In this document: positions 54,286-63,946 of the stretch, in pieces
How positions within the stretch are numbered: the stretch's first letter is position 1
Layout: each line of letters starts with the position of its first letter
Assembly (NCBI GenBank): GCA_900548385.1
Contig: URKJ01000012.1
Coordinates: 24,101 to 88,100 of the forward strand
Direction: 5' to 3'
Origin: an uncultured bacterium
GTDB lineage: Bacteria; Verrucomicrobiota; Lentisphaeria; Victivallales; UBA1829
Length of the DNA: 64,000 nt
Made by a program: the position numbers and the translations under genes
Notes under the pieces: generated by a model
Told to the model about the DNA's origin: nothing
Databases searched by the model: none
Seen by the model: only the letters and a program-made list of their open reading frames with translations

Positions 54286-55116
54286 ATGGATAACGGCAGC
54301 GGTTTCTGCGGGAAGTTCAATTATGATTTTCTGCAAACGCATCATACGCTGGTGCAGTTGAAGATCCTTGAACTCGCGTTTGCCCGGTTTGTCTGGAAAG
54401 GGCGCAACAGTTATTCTTTCAACCGCTGTTTTCTGATCCTCAAAGGGGAAGGCTGGATTTGCAATCATACCGGTTCGCAACAGCTGACCATGTCCGCCGG
54501 AAACGGTTATTTCATGCCGCCGGGCATTGATCTTTCCTTTGATTTTCCGCCGGGACTCGAACTGCTCAGCATTCATTTCAACGCTTTTCTGCTGCCCGGA
54601 ATGGATGTGTTTGCCAAAGAGACGCAATGCCTGGAATTTCCGGTCGGGACGGCGCGTCTGGAGGAATTCCGGCTTCTTTTGGAACGGGCTGACGGCTGGG
54701 GATCGCTCTGCCGGTTTGAAAGTATTCTGTGGGAACTGCTTTCCGGGATCAATCTGCCGGGGATGGATCATTTCGGCAGTGTTCCCGCTCTTCAGAAACG
54801 GTATGGGTCGCTGCTGCAGTATATTCATGACAATATTTCCGCCCGGACCGGGATCGGGGAGTTGAGTGCGGTGGCTGGAGTGGGAAGCGATACGCTGTCC
54901 CGTCGCTTTTCCCGTGATTTCGGAATTCCGCTGAAAACGTTTCTGATGAAAGAGCTGATTTCCGTTGCAGAACGTCATCTGCTTGGCGGCGACCTGTCGA
55001 TCCGGGAGATCGCGGAAAAACTGGAGTTCAGCAGCGAGTACTATTTTTCCTCGTTTTTCAAACGGATGAAAGGAATTTCGCCAACCATATTCCGTTCCAT
55101 GCGCGGAAAATTGTAA
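54286..55116 (+). CDS. AraC-family transcriptional regulator
   Basis: ATG 54286 (the ORF track starts at TTG 54280). C-terminal HTH LSAVAGVGSDTLSRRFSRDFG...IREIAEKLEFSSEYYFSSFFKRMKGISP. Confidence 0.75.
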   Translation: MDNGSGFCGKFNYDFLQTHHTLVQLKILELAFARFVWKGRNSYSFNRCFLILKGEGWICNHTGSQQLTMSAGNGYFMPPGIDLSFDFPPGLELLSIHFNAFLLPGMDVFAKETQCLEFPVGTARLEEFRLLLERADGWGSLCRFESILWELLSGINLPGMDHFGSVPALQKRYGSLLQYIHDNISARTGIGELSAVAGVGSDTLSRRFSRDFGIPLKTFLMKELISVAERHLLGGDLSIREIAEKLEFSSEYYFSSFFKRMKGISPTIFRSMRGKL

Positions 55117-55145
55117 AAAATCTTTCTTTTTTTCTGTTTCCCCTC

Positions 55146-55174
55146 TTGACAAAATTATATTTATGTGCTAAAAT
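55146..55174 (+). promoter_or_regulatory. near-consensus sigma70 promoter of cassette d
   Basis: TTGACA (55146-55151), 17-nt spacer, TAAAAT (55169-55174), preceded by ccctc and a T-rich tract. Confidence 0.6.
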
Positions 55175-55217
55175 TTATAGCAGATAACTAAAATATTTAA
55201 CAAAAAGCGGTTTTTCA

Positions 55218-56324
55218 ATGACACGGCAATACTCCGGGACAAAGGCGCAGCAGATCAGAGATGAATTGTTGCGGCAGATACGGATCGGGAATTTTCCACG
55301 CGGCTCCCAGCTGCCCTCGGAACAAAGACTGTCAGAGCAGCTTGGAGTCAGCCACATGACGGTCCGTAAAGCGGTGGCGGATTTGACTGCTTCCGGATAT
55401 TTGCGTAAAGAGCCGCGGATCGGCACGTTCATCAACGAAGAGATTTCCGGCAGCAAACTGCAAAAGCAGCTTGGCATTGTCTGTCCGGCATGGCCGCATC
55501 CCATGTTTAACGAGTCGATGATGCATTTGAGCCGGATTTTTGAACGGGAAGGCTGGATTTGCCGTTATGCGTTTGCGCGGCATTGGGAAGACCGGATGAT
55601 CGAGGAGGTCTGGAAGAGTTCGGATGCGCTGGTTCTGTTTCCGATCCGGTCACGGGAACAGATTCCGCCGGAGCTTCTTCAACGTCTGGAGTCGCAGGAA
55701 AAGCCGGTGGTGTATGTCGGCAACCCGGATGTGTTCCGGACGGATACCGTGTCGTTTGATGATGAGGCGGGGATCGGAATGCTGTTGCGGGAGCTCCGCA
55801 AGTTCGGGCACACCTGCATCGGACGTCTTTCCCAACGGATCCCGGAGAGGAAGCTGCGTCCGCGTGACGAACGGCTGTTTCTGGAAGCCGCGGCGGAAAA
55901 CCCGTGGTGCCGCATTGTGGACTTTGATGTGGAATGCCCTTATTTTGAATCTCCGGTGAATGCGGTTTACCGGAAAATCCGGGAGCAGGGGATCGGAGAA
56001 TGCACGGTTCTTGCCGGGAGTTACAGTATGATTCTTGCCGCCCATGCCGCGTTGGTCGACAGCGGATTCCGGGTGCCGGAAGACGTGTCGCTGGTTGTTC
56101 TTGGAGAAAACGGCGATTTGCAGTTCCTCCGTCCGCGTCCGGCCCATTGCTCGTTTTCAGTTGAGGTGCAGGCAAAACTGATTTTAGAACTGATTCTCCG
56201 CCGGATTGCGGATCCGGACCGTCCGGTCCGCAACCCGAAAGTCCCGCCCTGTTTTTATCACGGGGAGACTCTGGCGGAATCTCATGCAGCAATACGGAAC
56301 AATAACACAGGAGAGTACAGATGA
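55218..56324 (+). CDS. AraR-type regulator (GntR winged-HTH + LacI/PBP-type sugar-sensor domain)
   Basis: 368 aa. wHTH LPSEQRLSEQLGVSHMTVRKAVADLTASGYLRKEPRIGTFI, followed by a LacI-like sensor domain. Confidence 0.75.
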   Translation: MTRQYSGTKAQQIRDELLRQIRIGNFPRGSQLPSEQRLSEQLGVSHMTVRKAVADLTASGYLRKEPRIGTFINEEISGSKLQKQLGIVCPAWPHPMFNESMMHLSRIFEREGWICRYAFARHWEDRMIEEVWKSSDALVLFPIRSREQIPPELLQRLESQEKPVVYVGNPDVFRTDTVSFDDEAGIGMLLRELRKFGHTCIGRLSQRIPERKLRPRDERLFLEAAAENPWCRIVDFDVECPYFESPVNAVYRKIREQGIGECTVLAGSYSMILAAHAALVDSGFRVPEDVSLVVLGENGDLQFLRPRPAHCSFSVEVQAKLILELILRRIADPDRPVRNPKVPPCFYHGETLAESHAAIRNNNTGEYR

Positions 56325-57073
56325 AAAAAGGAAAAAACAACGTCAGGAAATTTACCATTATAGAACTCTTAATAGTTGTTTCTATTATATCAATTCTTGC
56401 CGCTATGCTGCTTCCGGCTTTGAACAAGGCGAGAGAAAGAGCCCGTACAATAACCTGTGTCAACCGGAAAAAAGAGTGTATGCTGGCGTTGTTTCAATAT
56501 GGCAGTGATTACGGCATGATCGCCGGGATCACCAAGGATTCAAAGTGCTGGTACAATCTGATTGTGACGGGAAACCGGCCGGAAAATCTCGGCTATCTGA
56601 AACCGGGAATGCTGATCTGTCCGTCCAACCGTTATGTTCCGCCGGATCTTGTTTCATTCAGCGACGATCAGGTATCCTATGGAATGGAGCGGATCGCCCA
56701 TTACATGGAAGCGGACTTGCTGGAGGCGAACGGGGCAGGCAGCTGTTTTGATGTTTCCCGGAACAATACCTGGGGCTTTCTTCAGCCTGAAAGAGTCCGG
56801 ACGCCCTCGCGTCTGCTGCTGATCGCGGACAGCGCGCGCGGCGGACATCAGAAGCCGTGGACCGGTTATCAGAACGGCGGAGGCGGGAGCAGTTTTTTCT
56901 ATACTTACCAACCGCATGAACGGCGCATTCATCTGATCCATGAGGAGAGAACGGTTGCCGGATTTGTGGACGGGCATGTGGCGTCGCTTTCGTTTTCCGG
57001 TCTTTATTATGATACGACCAATCGGATCCGTTACGTTTATGCGCAGGACGGAACGACTCTGCTGAACCGCTGA
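56321..57073 (+). CDS. prepilin-type N-terminal methylation-domain protein, H-X9-DG family
   Basis: 250 aa. ATGA overlap with the regulator. N-terminus [40 protein letters not shown]-terminal H-EERTVAGFV-DGHV. Confidence 0.88.
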   Translation: MKKGKNNVRKFTIIELLIVVSIISILAAMLLPALNKARERARTITCVNRKKECMLALFQYGSDYGMIAGITKDSKCWYNLIVTGNRPENLGYLKPGMLICPSNRYVPPDLVSFSDDQVSYGMERIAHYMEADLLEANGAGSCFDVSRNNTWGFLQPERVRTPSRLLLIADSARGGHQKPWTGYQNGGGGSSFFYTYQPHERRIHLIHEERTVAGFVDGHVASLSFSGLYYDTTNRIRYVYAQDGTTLLNR

Positions 57074-57088
57074 TAATGGGGGATCGTT

Positions 57089-59740
57089 ATGAAAATCCAG
57101 TTTTCCGTATTTCTTTCTGTGTTTGTCCTGTTTCTTGGCGGGGCGGAATATCGCATCGGGGACCGGGCGGGAGTGCCGTGGATCATGCGGGATGGCATCC
57201 CGGTTTCCCCCCGCATGGTTTATGTGAGCCGGACCGCTCAGGAGATCGCGACTGTCGGGCCGCAATGGAAAGAGTTCACGCTTCGTTTTTCAATTTTGAA
57301 GAGCTGTGACAATGCCGCTCTGCATTTGCGTTTTTTCAGCATGGCATTCCGCAGGGAACCGGAATCGGTTCAGTTTTCCAGAATCGAAGTGCAGGAAGCA
57401 TCATCGGGTCGTGTGGTCAAGTCGTTCCGGTTCGACGGGGAGAAGCCGGATCCCTCCATTGATTTCTGGTGCACCGGGAAATGGAAAAACGGAAAACGGA
57501 TGCCGGTTCCTGTGGAATTTGCCAATCGCCGGCTTCCGGGTGCTCCGGACGGAGCGTTCTGTGTGACTTCCAAGGGCGATCCCGGCGGCAGGCTCGGCGA
57601 ATTTCATCTGATTCTTTACGGAATCCCCGTGGAGAAAGAACGGGATTATCAGATTATCTGCCGTGCGCGTGCCGACCGGGAACAGAACCTGACGTCGTCG
57701 CTTTATCATCAGATCGCCGTTCCGCAGGCGCTGGCATATCCCGGAACGACTCTGCGGGAACAGGTGAGACTCGCTGCCGACGCAGGGGTTGATTTTGTCA
57801 CGTTTCCGGTTGACGGGATTTGGCGGAAAGCCGGCGAGCCTGCCGATTACTCCGTTCTGGACCGGATTTGCCGTACAGTTCTGGAAGTCAATCCGCGTGC
57901 CCGGCTGATTCCGCGTGTTGATCTGAGGACGCCGCCGGAATGGTGGCAGAAAAAATATCCCGGAGAGATGATGAAATTCACGTCCGGCGGAAACGGCGGT
58001 TATCCGTCGGTCTCTTCGCTTCAGTACCGCCGGGATGCGGCGGAGGCGCTCCGGGAGGTGATCCGGTTCTGTGAAACACGTTTCAAAGACAATATGGCGG
58101 GGTATCATCCGACGGGCGGCAACACGCATGAATGGTTTTATTACCGTTCCCAGAGGCGGATTCTGAGCGGGTATGATGAGGCGACCCGTTCCGCATGGCG
58201 TCGCTTTCTGCGCAGAACTTACAACGATGACAGGAGTCTCAGGACTGCGTGGAATATGCCGGATGTCTCGCTGGCCTCCGCGGAAATACCGTCGCCGGAA
58301 TATCGCCGCCGGAATCGCCCGGTTTCTCTGCTTTCTCCGTTATCTGATCGTCCGCTGATTGATTTCAACCGTTTTTTGCAGGAAGAAATGTCGGAAACCG
58401 TTTTATCGCTGGCCCGTGTGATCCGGACGGAAACGGGCGGGACGCGTCTCAGCGTGGTGTTTTACGGTTATCTCTTTGAACTTTCCGCGATTGCAAACGG
58501 ACCCGCCTGCTCCGGGCATTATGCACTGCGGCGGATTCTCGCTTCGCCGGATGTTGATCTTGTCGCCGGACCGATTTCTTATTTGGATCGTCAGCCGGGA
58601 GGTGGGACGACAACCATGACGGCGGCGGATTCCGTGATGCTGTCCGGCAAACTCTGGCTGAATGAGGATGATACCAGTACGCATACCGCTTACCGGAACG
58701 GCAATCGTGCCCCCGGTTGGAAGAGCGGAGCAATGACGCAGGAGCAGAGTCTTCTTCTGCTGCGCCGGAATCTGTCGGTGTCGGCGTTCCATGGATTCGG
58801 GATCTGGTGGATGGATCTGTTTGGTGCCGGATGGTTTACCGATCCTGTGCTGTGGAAACTGATGCGGCAGTTTGCCGCTCTGGATACCGCCATGCGGCAG
58901 CCTGCGGACACACAGCTTGCAGAAATCATTGATGAAAATTCTCTGCTGTATCTCTCTCCTGCCGGTTTTGAACGGAATTACAATTCCGCCGTCAGCGGAC
59001 CGCTGATCAAAAACGGACGCGCAGCTCGCGGACGGACCGGCGCTTCTTCGGGGCAATATCTGCTGGATGATCTGCTTGCGGGCAAAGTCAAATCCGGATT
59101 GAATGTAATCACTTCCGCCTGGGCGCTTGACGGCGTTCAGAGAAAGAAACTCCGGGCATTGTCGGAACAGGTCCCTGCGTTCTGGTGCTGGGCGCCCGGC
59201 TATCTTGACCTTGATTCCGGAAAATTCTCGTTGAAAGCCGTGGAAGAGACGACAGGATTCCAGGTCCGCAAGCAGGTGCGGGGGAGCTTTGCGATCCGTC
59301 CGACCGCCGCCGGCTTGAAGTTCGGTTTGACGGATTCCGTTTCCGTCGCCCGGGAGTCTGTTGATCCGGTTCTTTCCCCGGTTTGCCGCAACGGGGATAT
59401 TGTGCTTGCCGAATACCTGGACGGTGCTCCGGCTGTTGTCCTCCGTCCGGGAAAAGTTCCCGCTTTGTTCTGCGGCATTACCGATATTCCCGCCGGACTC
59501 TACCGCAGTTTTGCCGCGTTTGCGGGGATTCATCTGTATACAGACCGTCCGGCTTATGTTCTGCGGCGCGGAGAGTGGCTGAGTGTCACAGCGCCGGAAC
59601 AGGGATTTTATAAGATCAGCACCGGAACCGGTGACGGGATTGTGGATTTCTTTTCCGGCAGAAAACTTGGAACCGGTCCGGAACTCAGGATTTTTTTCCG
59701 GAAAGGGGAAAACCGGATATTCCGGTTGAATCCGGAATGA
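57089..59740 (+). CDS. secreted GH42-like / clan GH-A-like hypothetical glycoside hydrolase (family unassigned)
   Basis: 883 aa. Signal peptide MKIQFSVFLSVFVLFLGGAE. TIM-barrel-like region with GGNTHEWFYY and WRRFLRRTYNDDRSLRTAWN (the GH42-style F..WL...Y....L..AW pattern). Confidence 0.5.
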   Translation: MKIQFSVFLSVFVLFLGGAEYRIGDRAGVPWIMRDGIPVSPRMVYVSRTAQEIATVGPQWKEFTLRFSILKSCDNAALHLRFFSMAFRREPESVQFSRIEVQEASSGRVVKSFRFDGEKPDPSIDFWCTGKWKNGKRMPVPVEFANRRLPGAPDGAFCVTSKGDPGGRLGEFHLILYGIPVEKERDYQIICRARADREQNLTSSLYHQIAVPQALAYPGTTLREQVRLAADAGVDFVTFPVDGIWRKAGEPADYSVLDRICRTVLEVNPRARLIPRVDLRTPPEWWQKKYPGEMMKFTSGGNGGYPSVSSLQYRRDAAEALREVIRFCETRFKDNMAGYHPTGGNTHEWFYYRSQRRILSGYDEATRSAWRRFLRRTYNDDRSLRTAWNMPDVSLASAEIPSPEYRRRNRPVSLLSPLSDRPLIDFNRFLQEEMSETVLSLARVIRTETGGTRLSVVFYGYLFELSAIANGPACSGHYALRRILASPDVDLVAGPISYLDRQPGGGTTTMTAADSVMLSGKLWLNEDDTSTHTAYRNGNRAPGWKSGAMTQEQSLLLLRRNLSVSAFHGFGIWWMDLFGAGWFTDPVLWKLMRQFAALDTAMRQPADTQLAEIIDENSLLYLSPAGFERNYNSAVSGPLIKNGRAARGRTGASSGQYLLDDLLAGKVKSGLNVITSAWALDGVQRKKLRALSEQVPAFWCWAPGYLDLDSGKFSLKAVEETTGFQVRKQVRGSFAIRPTAAGLKFGLTDSVSVARESVDPVLSPVCRNGDIVLAEYLDGAPAVVLRPGKVPALFCGITDIPAGLYRSFAAFAGIHLYTDRPAYVLRRGEWLSVTAPEQGFYKISTGTGDGIVDFFSGRKLGTGPELRIFFRKGENRIFRLNPE

Positions 59741-60202
59741 AATACCGGACAGGCTGTCTGAAACTCAAAAGAAAACATGCCGGGCGGGATTCAAACATTT
59801 GATTGTTGTAAAGAGCCGGAGCCGCCGGGAGCACAGATTCAATTAAAAGATCGTTTTTCTGTCAAAAAATGTTCACTGTTTTCCATGTATGGATATGGAG
59901 TGTGGAGCGCACAGACGCGGCGGCTTCTTGAAAACTGCTTTTTTCATCGCCGCGGAGTCAATCCGGAACACTCCGGCAGACCGTCCGGAACTTAAAGAAA
60001 AAATGGTTTACCGGATAAAATTCCGGTATAATTATTTTAAAACCGGTATTGAAAATTTTTGTTTTCAGTGTATGTTACCTGCAACAATAGAGAGATGCGA
60101 TAATTTTATTTTTGTTGGAATGTTTTTCGGGGTTCATTAAGGGGATGGATTCCGTTCGGGGGAAATTTTTTTATTTTATCATGAAAGAAGAGGAGACACT
60201 TC

Positions 60203-61240
60203 ATGTATGATTCACACCTGTTGAGAATTGGAATTTTTTATGACGGTAATTATTTTTATCATGTCAGCAATTACTATTGCTATGCACATGAACGCCGTTC
60301 CCGTCTCAGTATTTCCGGACTTCATGATTTCATCAAGCGTCTTGCCGGAAGATTCGAGGGAGTGGAATCGAAATTCTGTCAGATCGTTGACTGTCACTAT
60401 TTCCGCGGGCGTCTTCCCGCAATGGAGGCGAATGCCCGTCAGATCCTGCTGAATGAGCGCATGTTTGATGATATTCTCATGCGGGAAGGTGTGGTGACGC
60501 ATTATCTGCCTGTGACCCGCGGCGGTGAAAAAGGTGTGGATGTATGTCTCGCGTTGGAAGCACTGGAATTGAATATTTTCAAAAAATTCGATGTCGTAGC
60601 TCTGATCGCCAGCGATGGCGACTATGTTCCGCTCGTGCGCAAACTGAACGCCCTCGGAACGCGCGTCATGGTGCTTGGTTGGGATTTTGAATATATTGAC
60701 GATAACGGCAATGAACGTTATACCGCCACTTCCGGCAAAATGATGAATGAAGTCACCTATCCGATCTGGATGCATAAAGTGATTGACGGACAGGACGGCC
60801 GGTTCGAGGCGAACGAAGTCAATGCGTTGTTTGTTCCCTCCGGCCTGCGTGATTCTTCCGGCTGTTCAAAAGAGGAGTTGAAAAACGGCAGGGATGAAGG
60901 TTACGGGCATTCCACTCCGAATTATGATGAAGTTCAACCGGATTCGTCGCGCGGCGCCCATTACGGCGTCGATGATTCCAGCGACTCCATGCAGACCGTC
61001 GTTCCCGAAGCCCCGGAGGGACGCCGGTGCAGCCGGATCCTTCAGCTGAAGAATGGTTACGGGTTCCTTTCCAATGAACCGTCGCCGAAAAATCTCTTTT
61101 TCTTCTGGGAAGATTTGGAGGGAATTGATTTCAATGAACTCAATGTCGGCGATATTTTAGAGTATGAGATCGGGGAAAATGAGCGCGGAGAATGTGCGCG
61201 GCATATCACCCGCGTTTCTTCGCAGTCCGACAACCTGTAA
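60203..61240 (+). CDS. NYN (LabA-like) nuclease domain fused to a C-terminal cold-shock/OB-like domain
   Basis: 345 aa. NYN blocks IGIFYDGNYF, GEKGVDVCLALEALE, VALIASDGDYVPLVRKL. Acidic/Ser-rich linker. C-terminal LKNGYGFLS...FFFWEDLEG...GDILEYEIGENERGECARHI. RBS AGAGGAG. Confidence 0.6.
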   Translation: MYDSHLLRIGIFYDGNYFYHVSNYYCYAHERRSRLSISGLHDFIKRLAGRFEGVESKFCQIVDCHYFRGRLPAMEANARQILLNERMFDDILMREGVVTHYLPVTRGGEKGVDVCLALEALELNIFKKFDVVALIASDGDYVPLVRKLNALGTRVMVLGWDFEYIDDNGNERYTATSGKMMNEVTYPIWMHKVIDGQDGRFEANEVNALFVPSGLRDSSGCSKEELKNGRDEGYGHSTPNYDEVQPDSSRGAHYGVDDSSDSMQTVVPEAPEGRRCSRILQLKNGYGFLSNEPSPKNLFFFWEDLEGIDFNELNVGDILEYEIGENERGECARHITRVSSQSDNL

Positions 61241-61255
61241 CCGGAGATTTGGTTC

Positions 61256-62077
61256 ATGCGGGGTGTGGCGCGGAAACTGATCGCTCAGGTGGGGGAAGCG
61301 ACGGCTGACGCCGCGCGGGACTCCGTGCAGCTGATCACATTTACCGGAGAGACGATTTCGGAGTTTGTTTCCGCATTGCGCCATCCCCGTCTGATCCGCC
61401 GCAAAGAGACCCTGTATTACATGAATCTTTGCGGTGCGAACGCGTTTCCCATCAGTTCGCTGATTTGCCTGCTGATGGGGCTGATCCTCGGTTATCAGTC
61501 TGCCGTTCAGATGCACAAGTACGGAGCGGATTCGTTTCTTCCCGCTCTGGTCGGCTGTTCGATTGTCCGGGAGCTCGGCCCGCTGATGGTCGCTGTGATT
61601 GCCACCGGCCGTGCGGGGTCGGCGTTTGCCGCGGAGATCGCCACGATGAAGGCGTCGGAAGAGATCAACGCCATGCTGACGATGGGATTTTCACCCTGGC
61701 GTTTTCTCGTGATTCCGAAACTGCTGGCGATGATCTGCATGATGCCGCTTCTGACGTTTTTCGGGGATATTTTCGGCATCATCGGCGGGATGTTCGTCGG
61801 TACATTTGAACTTGACATGCCAGCGTCGGTTTATTACCGGCAGACGATTTACTGGGTTCCGCTCCGCTTTTTTATTGAAAGTCTTGTCAAAAGCATCGTA
61901 TTTGCCGTGATTATCACGGGTATTTGCTGTATGCGCGGATTCGATGCGAAGGAGGATTCGCTCGGAGTCGGGCGTGCCACGACTTCCGCAGTGGTGACGA
62001 GCATTATCTGGATCATTCTTGCGGACAGTCTGATGGCGCGCATGTTCAATTTGATTTTCTACGGATCGGCGGTGTAA
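61256..62077 (+). CDS. mlaE: MlaE-family ABC transporter permease
   Basis: 273 aa. RELGPLMVAVIATGRAGSAFAAEIATMKASEEINAM signature. Followed by mlaF and mlaD. Confidence 0.85.
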   Translation: MRGVARKLIAQVGEATADAARDSVQLITFTGETISEFVSALRHPRLIRRKETLYYMNLCGANAFPISSLICLLMGLILGYQSAVQMHKYGADSFLPALVGCSIVRELGPLMVAVIATGRAGSAFAAEIATMKASEEINAMLTMGFSPWRFLVIPKLLAMICMMPLLTFFGDIFGIIGGMFVGTFELDMPASVYYRQTIYWVPLRFFIESLVKSIVFAVIITGICCMRGFDAKEDSLGVGRATTSAVVTSIIWIILADSLMARMFNLIFYGSAV

Positions 62078-62078
62078 G

Positions 62079-62855
62079 ATGGCGGAAACTGCGGTAACGG
62101 TGGAAAATGTAACGGTCGGATATGGGGAGCGCACCATTCTGGAGCATGTTTCATTCGGGATTCATCACGGGGAGATCGTCGCGTTGCTCGGCGGTTCCGG
62201 CTGCGGGAAAAGCACGATGCTGAAAGCGGTCATCGGTCTGCTGCCGGTCCGGCAGGGAGATATCCGGATAGAAAATGAGAGCATCGTCAAAGCCGTCGGG
62301 GAGCGGAAGCGGGCGATTATGCGCCGGTTCGGCGTGGCATTTCAGGGAGGGGCGCTGTTCCGTTCCTATACGATCCGTGAAAATATTGCGCTTCCGTTGG
62401 AAGAATATACCGATTATCCGCGTGACACGATCAACCGTCTTGTCAGCGAAAAACTGGAAATGGTGGGGATGAAAGGGACCGAGGATATGATGCCCGGCGA
62501 TCTTTCCGGCGGAATGATCAAGCGTGCCGCTGTGGCGCGTGCGTTGGCGCTGGACCCGAAGATTATTTTCTTCGACGAACCTTCCGCCGGACTCGATCCG
62601 CTGAATTCGGCAAATCTGGATGAACTGATATTGGATATCCGCGACCGCTGCAATGCCGCGATCGGGATTGTAACCCACGAACTTGACAGTATTTTCACGA
62701 TTGCCGACCGCGCGGTGTTTCTTGACCGCGATGCGAAGACGGTGATCGCCGATGGTCCGCCGGCGGAACTGCGTGACCATTGTCCCGTTGAAAAAGTGCG
62801 CGTCTTCCTGAATCGCGGACGCCTTAAAGAAGGAGAAAGAAATCATGGCCATTGA
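62079..62855 (+). CDS. mlaF: MlaF-type ABC transporter ATP-binding protein
   Basis: 258 aa. Walker A GGSGCGKST, signature LSGGMIKR, Walker B IIFFDEP. Confidence 0.9.
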   Translation: MAETAVTVENVTVGYGERTILEHVSFGIHHGEIVALLGGSGCGKSTMLKAVIGLLPVRQGDIRIENESIVKAVGERKRAIMRRFGVAFQGGALFRSYTIRENIALPLEEYTDYPRDTINRLVSEKLEMVGMKGTEDMMPGDLSGGMIKRAAVARALALDPKIIFFDEPSAGLDPLNSANLDELILDIRDRCNAAIGIVTHELDSIFTIADRAVFLDRDAKTVIADGPPAELRDHCPVEKVRVFLNRGRLKEGERNHGH

Positions 62856-63825
62856 AACCGATAAATTCAAACTCGGACTATTTGTAACAGTTTCGTTTAT
62901 CTCGCTCTGTATTCTGTTTATTGTATTCGGCCTGTTCGACTTCGTCAATACGAAAGTTCCGGTGTATTCCCTGTTTCAGGAGAGTGTGCAGGGGCTGGAA
63001 TCCGGAGCGCTGGTCAAATACCGCGGTGTGCCGATTGGCAAGGTGACGGACATCACGCTTTCGACTTCCAACAATCTGATCCGGGTGGATATGGAAGTGA
63101 ATCTGAGCAAAATGCGTTCCGATCCGGAACACGGTCATGCCGCGGAGACGATTTCCGAACCGGAGTTTTATACTTATATGGAACGCGAAATCCGGCGCGG
63201 TCTGCGTGCACGGCTTGAATTGAACGGCATCAGCGGTTTCAAGTATATTGAGCTCGATTATCTCGATCCGGAAGTTCCCGTAAAGGACGGCTATGATGAG
63301 ATCGGGCTCAATCAGGAGGGATTTTTCTATGTACCGTCCGAACCGTCCATGTTGAGCGGACTGCGTTCGGGCATCACCGAAACGATCGCCAAGATCGCTT
63401 CCATTGATTACAAGCAGATCAGCGACAAGTTGGAAAGCGCTCTCAACAACGCCAATTCCCTGCTGGCTGATCCGAAACTCAAGGTCATGCTTGCCAATTC
63501 CGAGAAGCTGACCGGCGAACTTTCGCAGACGGTGCGTTCTTTGAATGCGGCGTTTACTCCCCAGCGTTTTGAGGAACTTTCCGCGAAGACCGCCGCCGCT
63601 TTGGAGCAGGTGCAGGAGCTGTCGAAGAAACTGGACAGGGCAATCGAAGAATCGAAGATCCCGGATACTTCCGCCTCGTTCCGCAATGCGGCGCTCTCCC
63701 TGCGGGATTCGGAACAGGCGTTCAACAATACGATGGCGAAATTCAATGACACTCTGGATGCGCTTTCGGAACTCATCAAAACTCTGGACGACAATCCGTC
63801 GTCACTGCTCAGCGGCAAAAAGTAA
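62845..63825 (+). CDS. mlaD: MlaD/MCE-domain protein with C-terminal coiled coil
   Basis: 326 aa. N-terminal TM helix, MCE block GLESGALVKYRGVPIGKV, helical C-terminus. 11-nt overlap with mlaF. Confidence 0.8.
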   Translation: MAIETDKFKLGLFVTVSFISLCILFIVFGLFDFVNTKVPVYSLFQESVQGLESGALVKYRGVPIGKVTDITLSTSNNLIRVDMEVNLSKMRSDPEHGHAAETISEPEFYTYMEREIRRGLRARLELNGISGFKYIELDYLDPEVPVKDGYDEIGLNQEGFFYVPSEPSMLSGLRSGITETIAKIASIDYKQISDKLESALNNANSLLADPKLKVMLANSEKLTGELSQTVRSLNAAFTPQRFEELSAKTAAALEQVQELSKKLDRAIEESKIPDTSASFRNAALSLRDSEQAFNNTMAKFNDTLDALSELIKTLDDNPSSLLSGKK

Positions 63826-63946
63826 AAAGACGCGGTTCCGGGCTTTCCGGGTTTTTTGATACTTTTTCGTGAAAAGGATTTTACGAAACGGAAAGTCGGT
63901 GTATATTACCGGGATGAAAACTGAAACAGGGAGGTTTTATACTCAG

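Noticed and set aside
59889-60140. An 83-aa ORF (and a neighbouring 72-aa ORF at 59777-59995) in the 460-nt gap upstream of the NYN-CSD gene.
   Set aside because: There is no RBS. The sequence is AT-rich with atypical codon usage relative to neighbouring genes, and it has no motif. It is more plausibly untranslated regulatory sequence.
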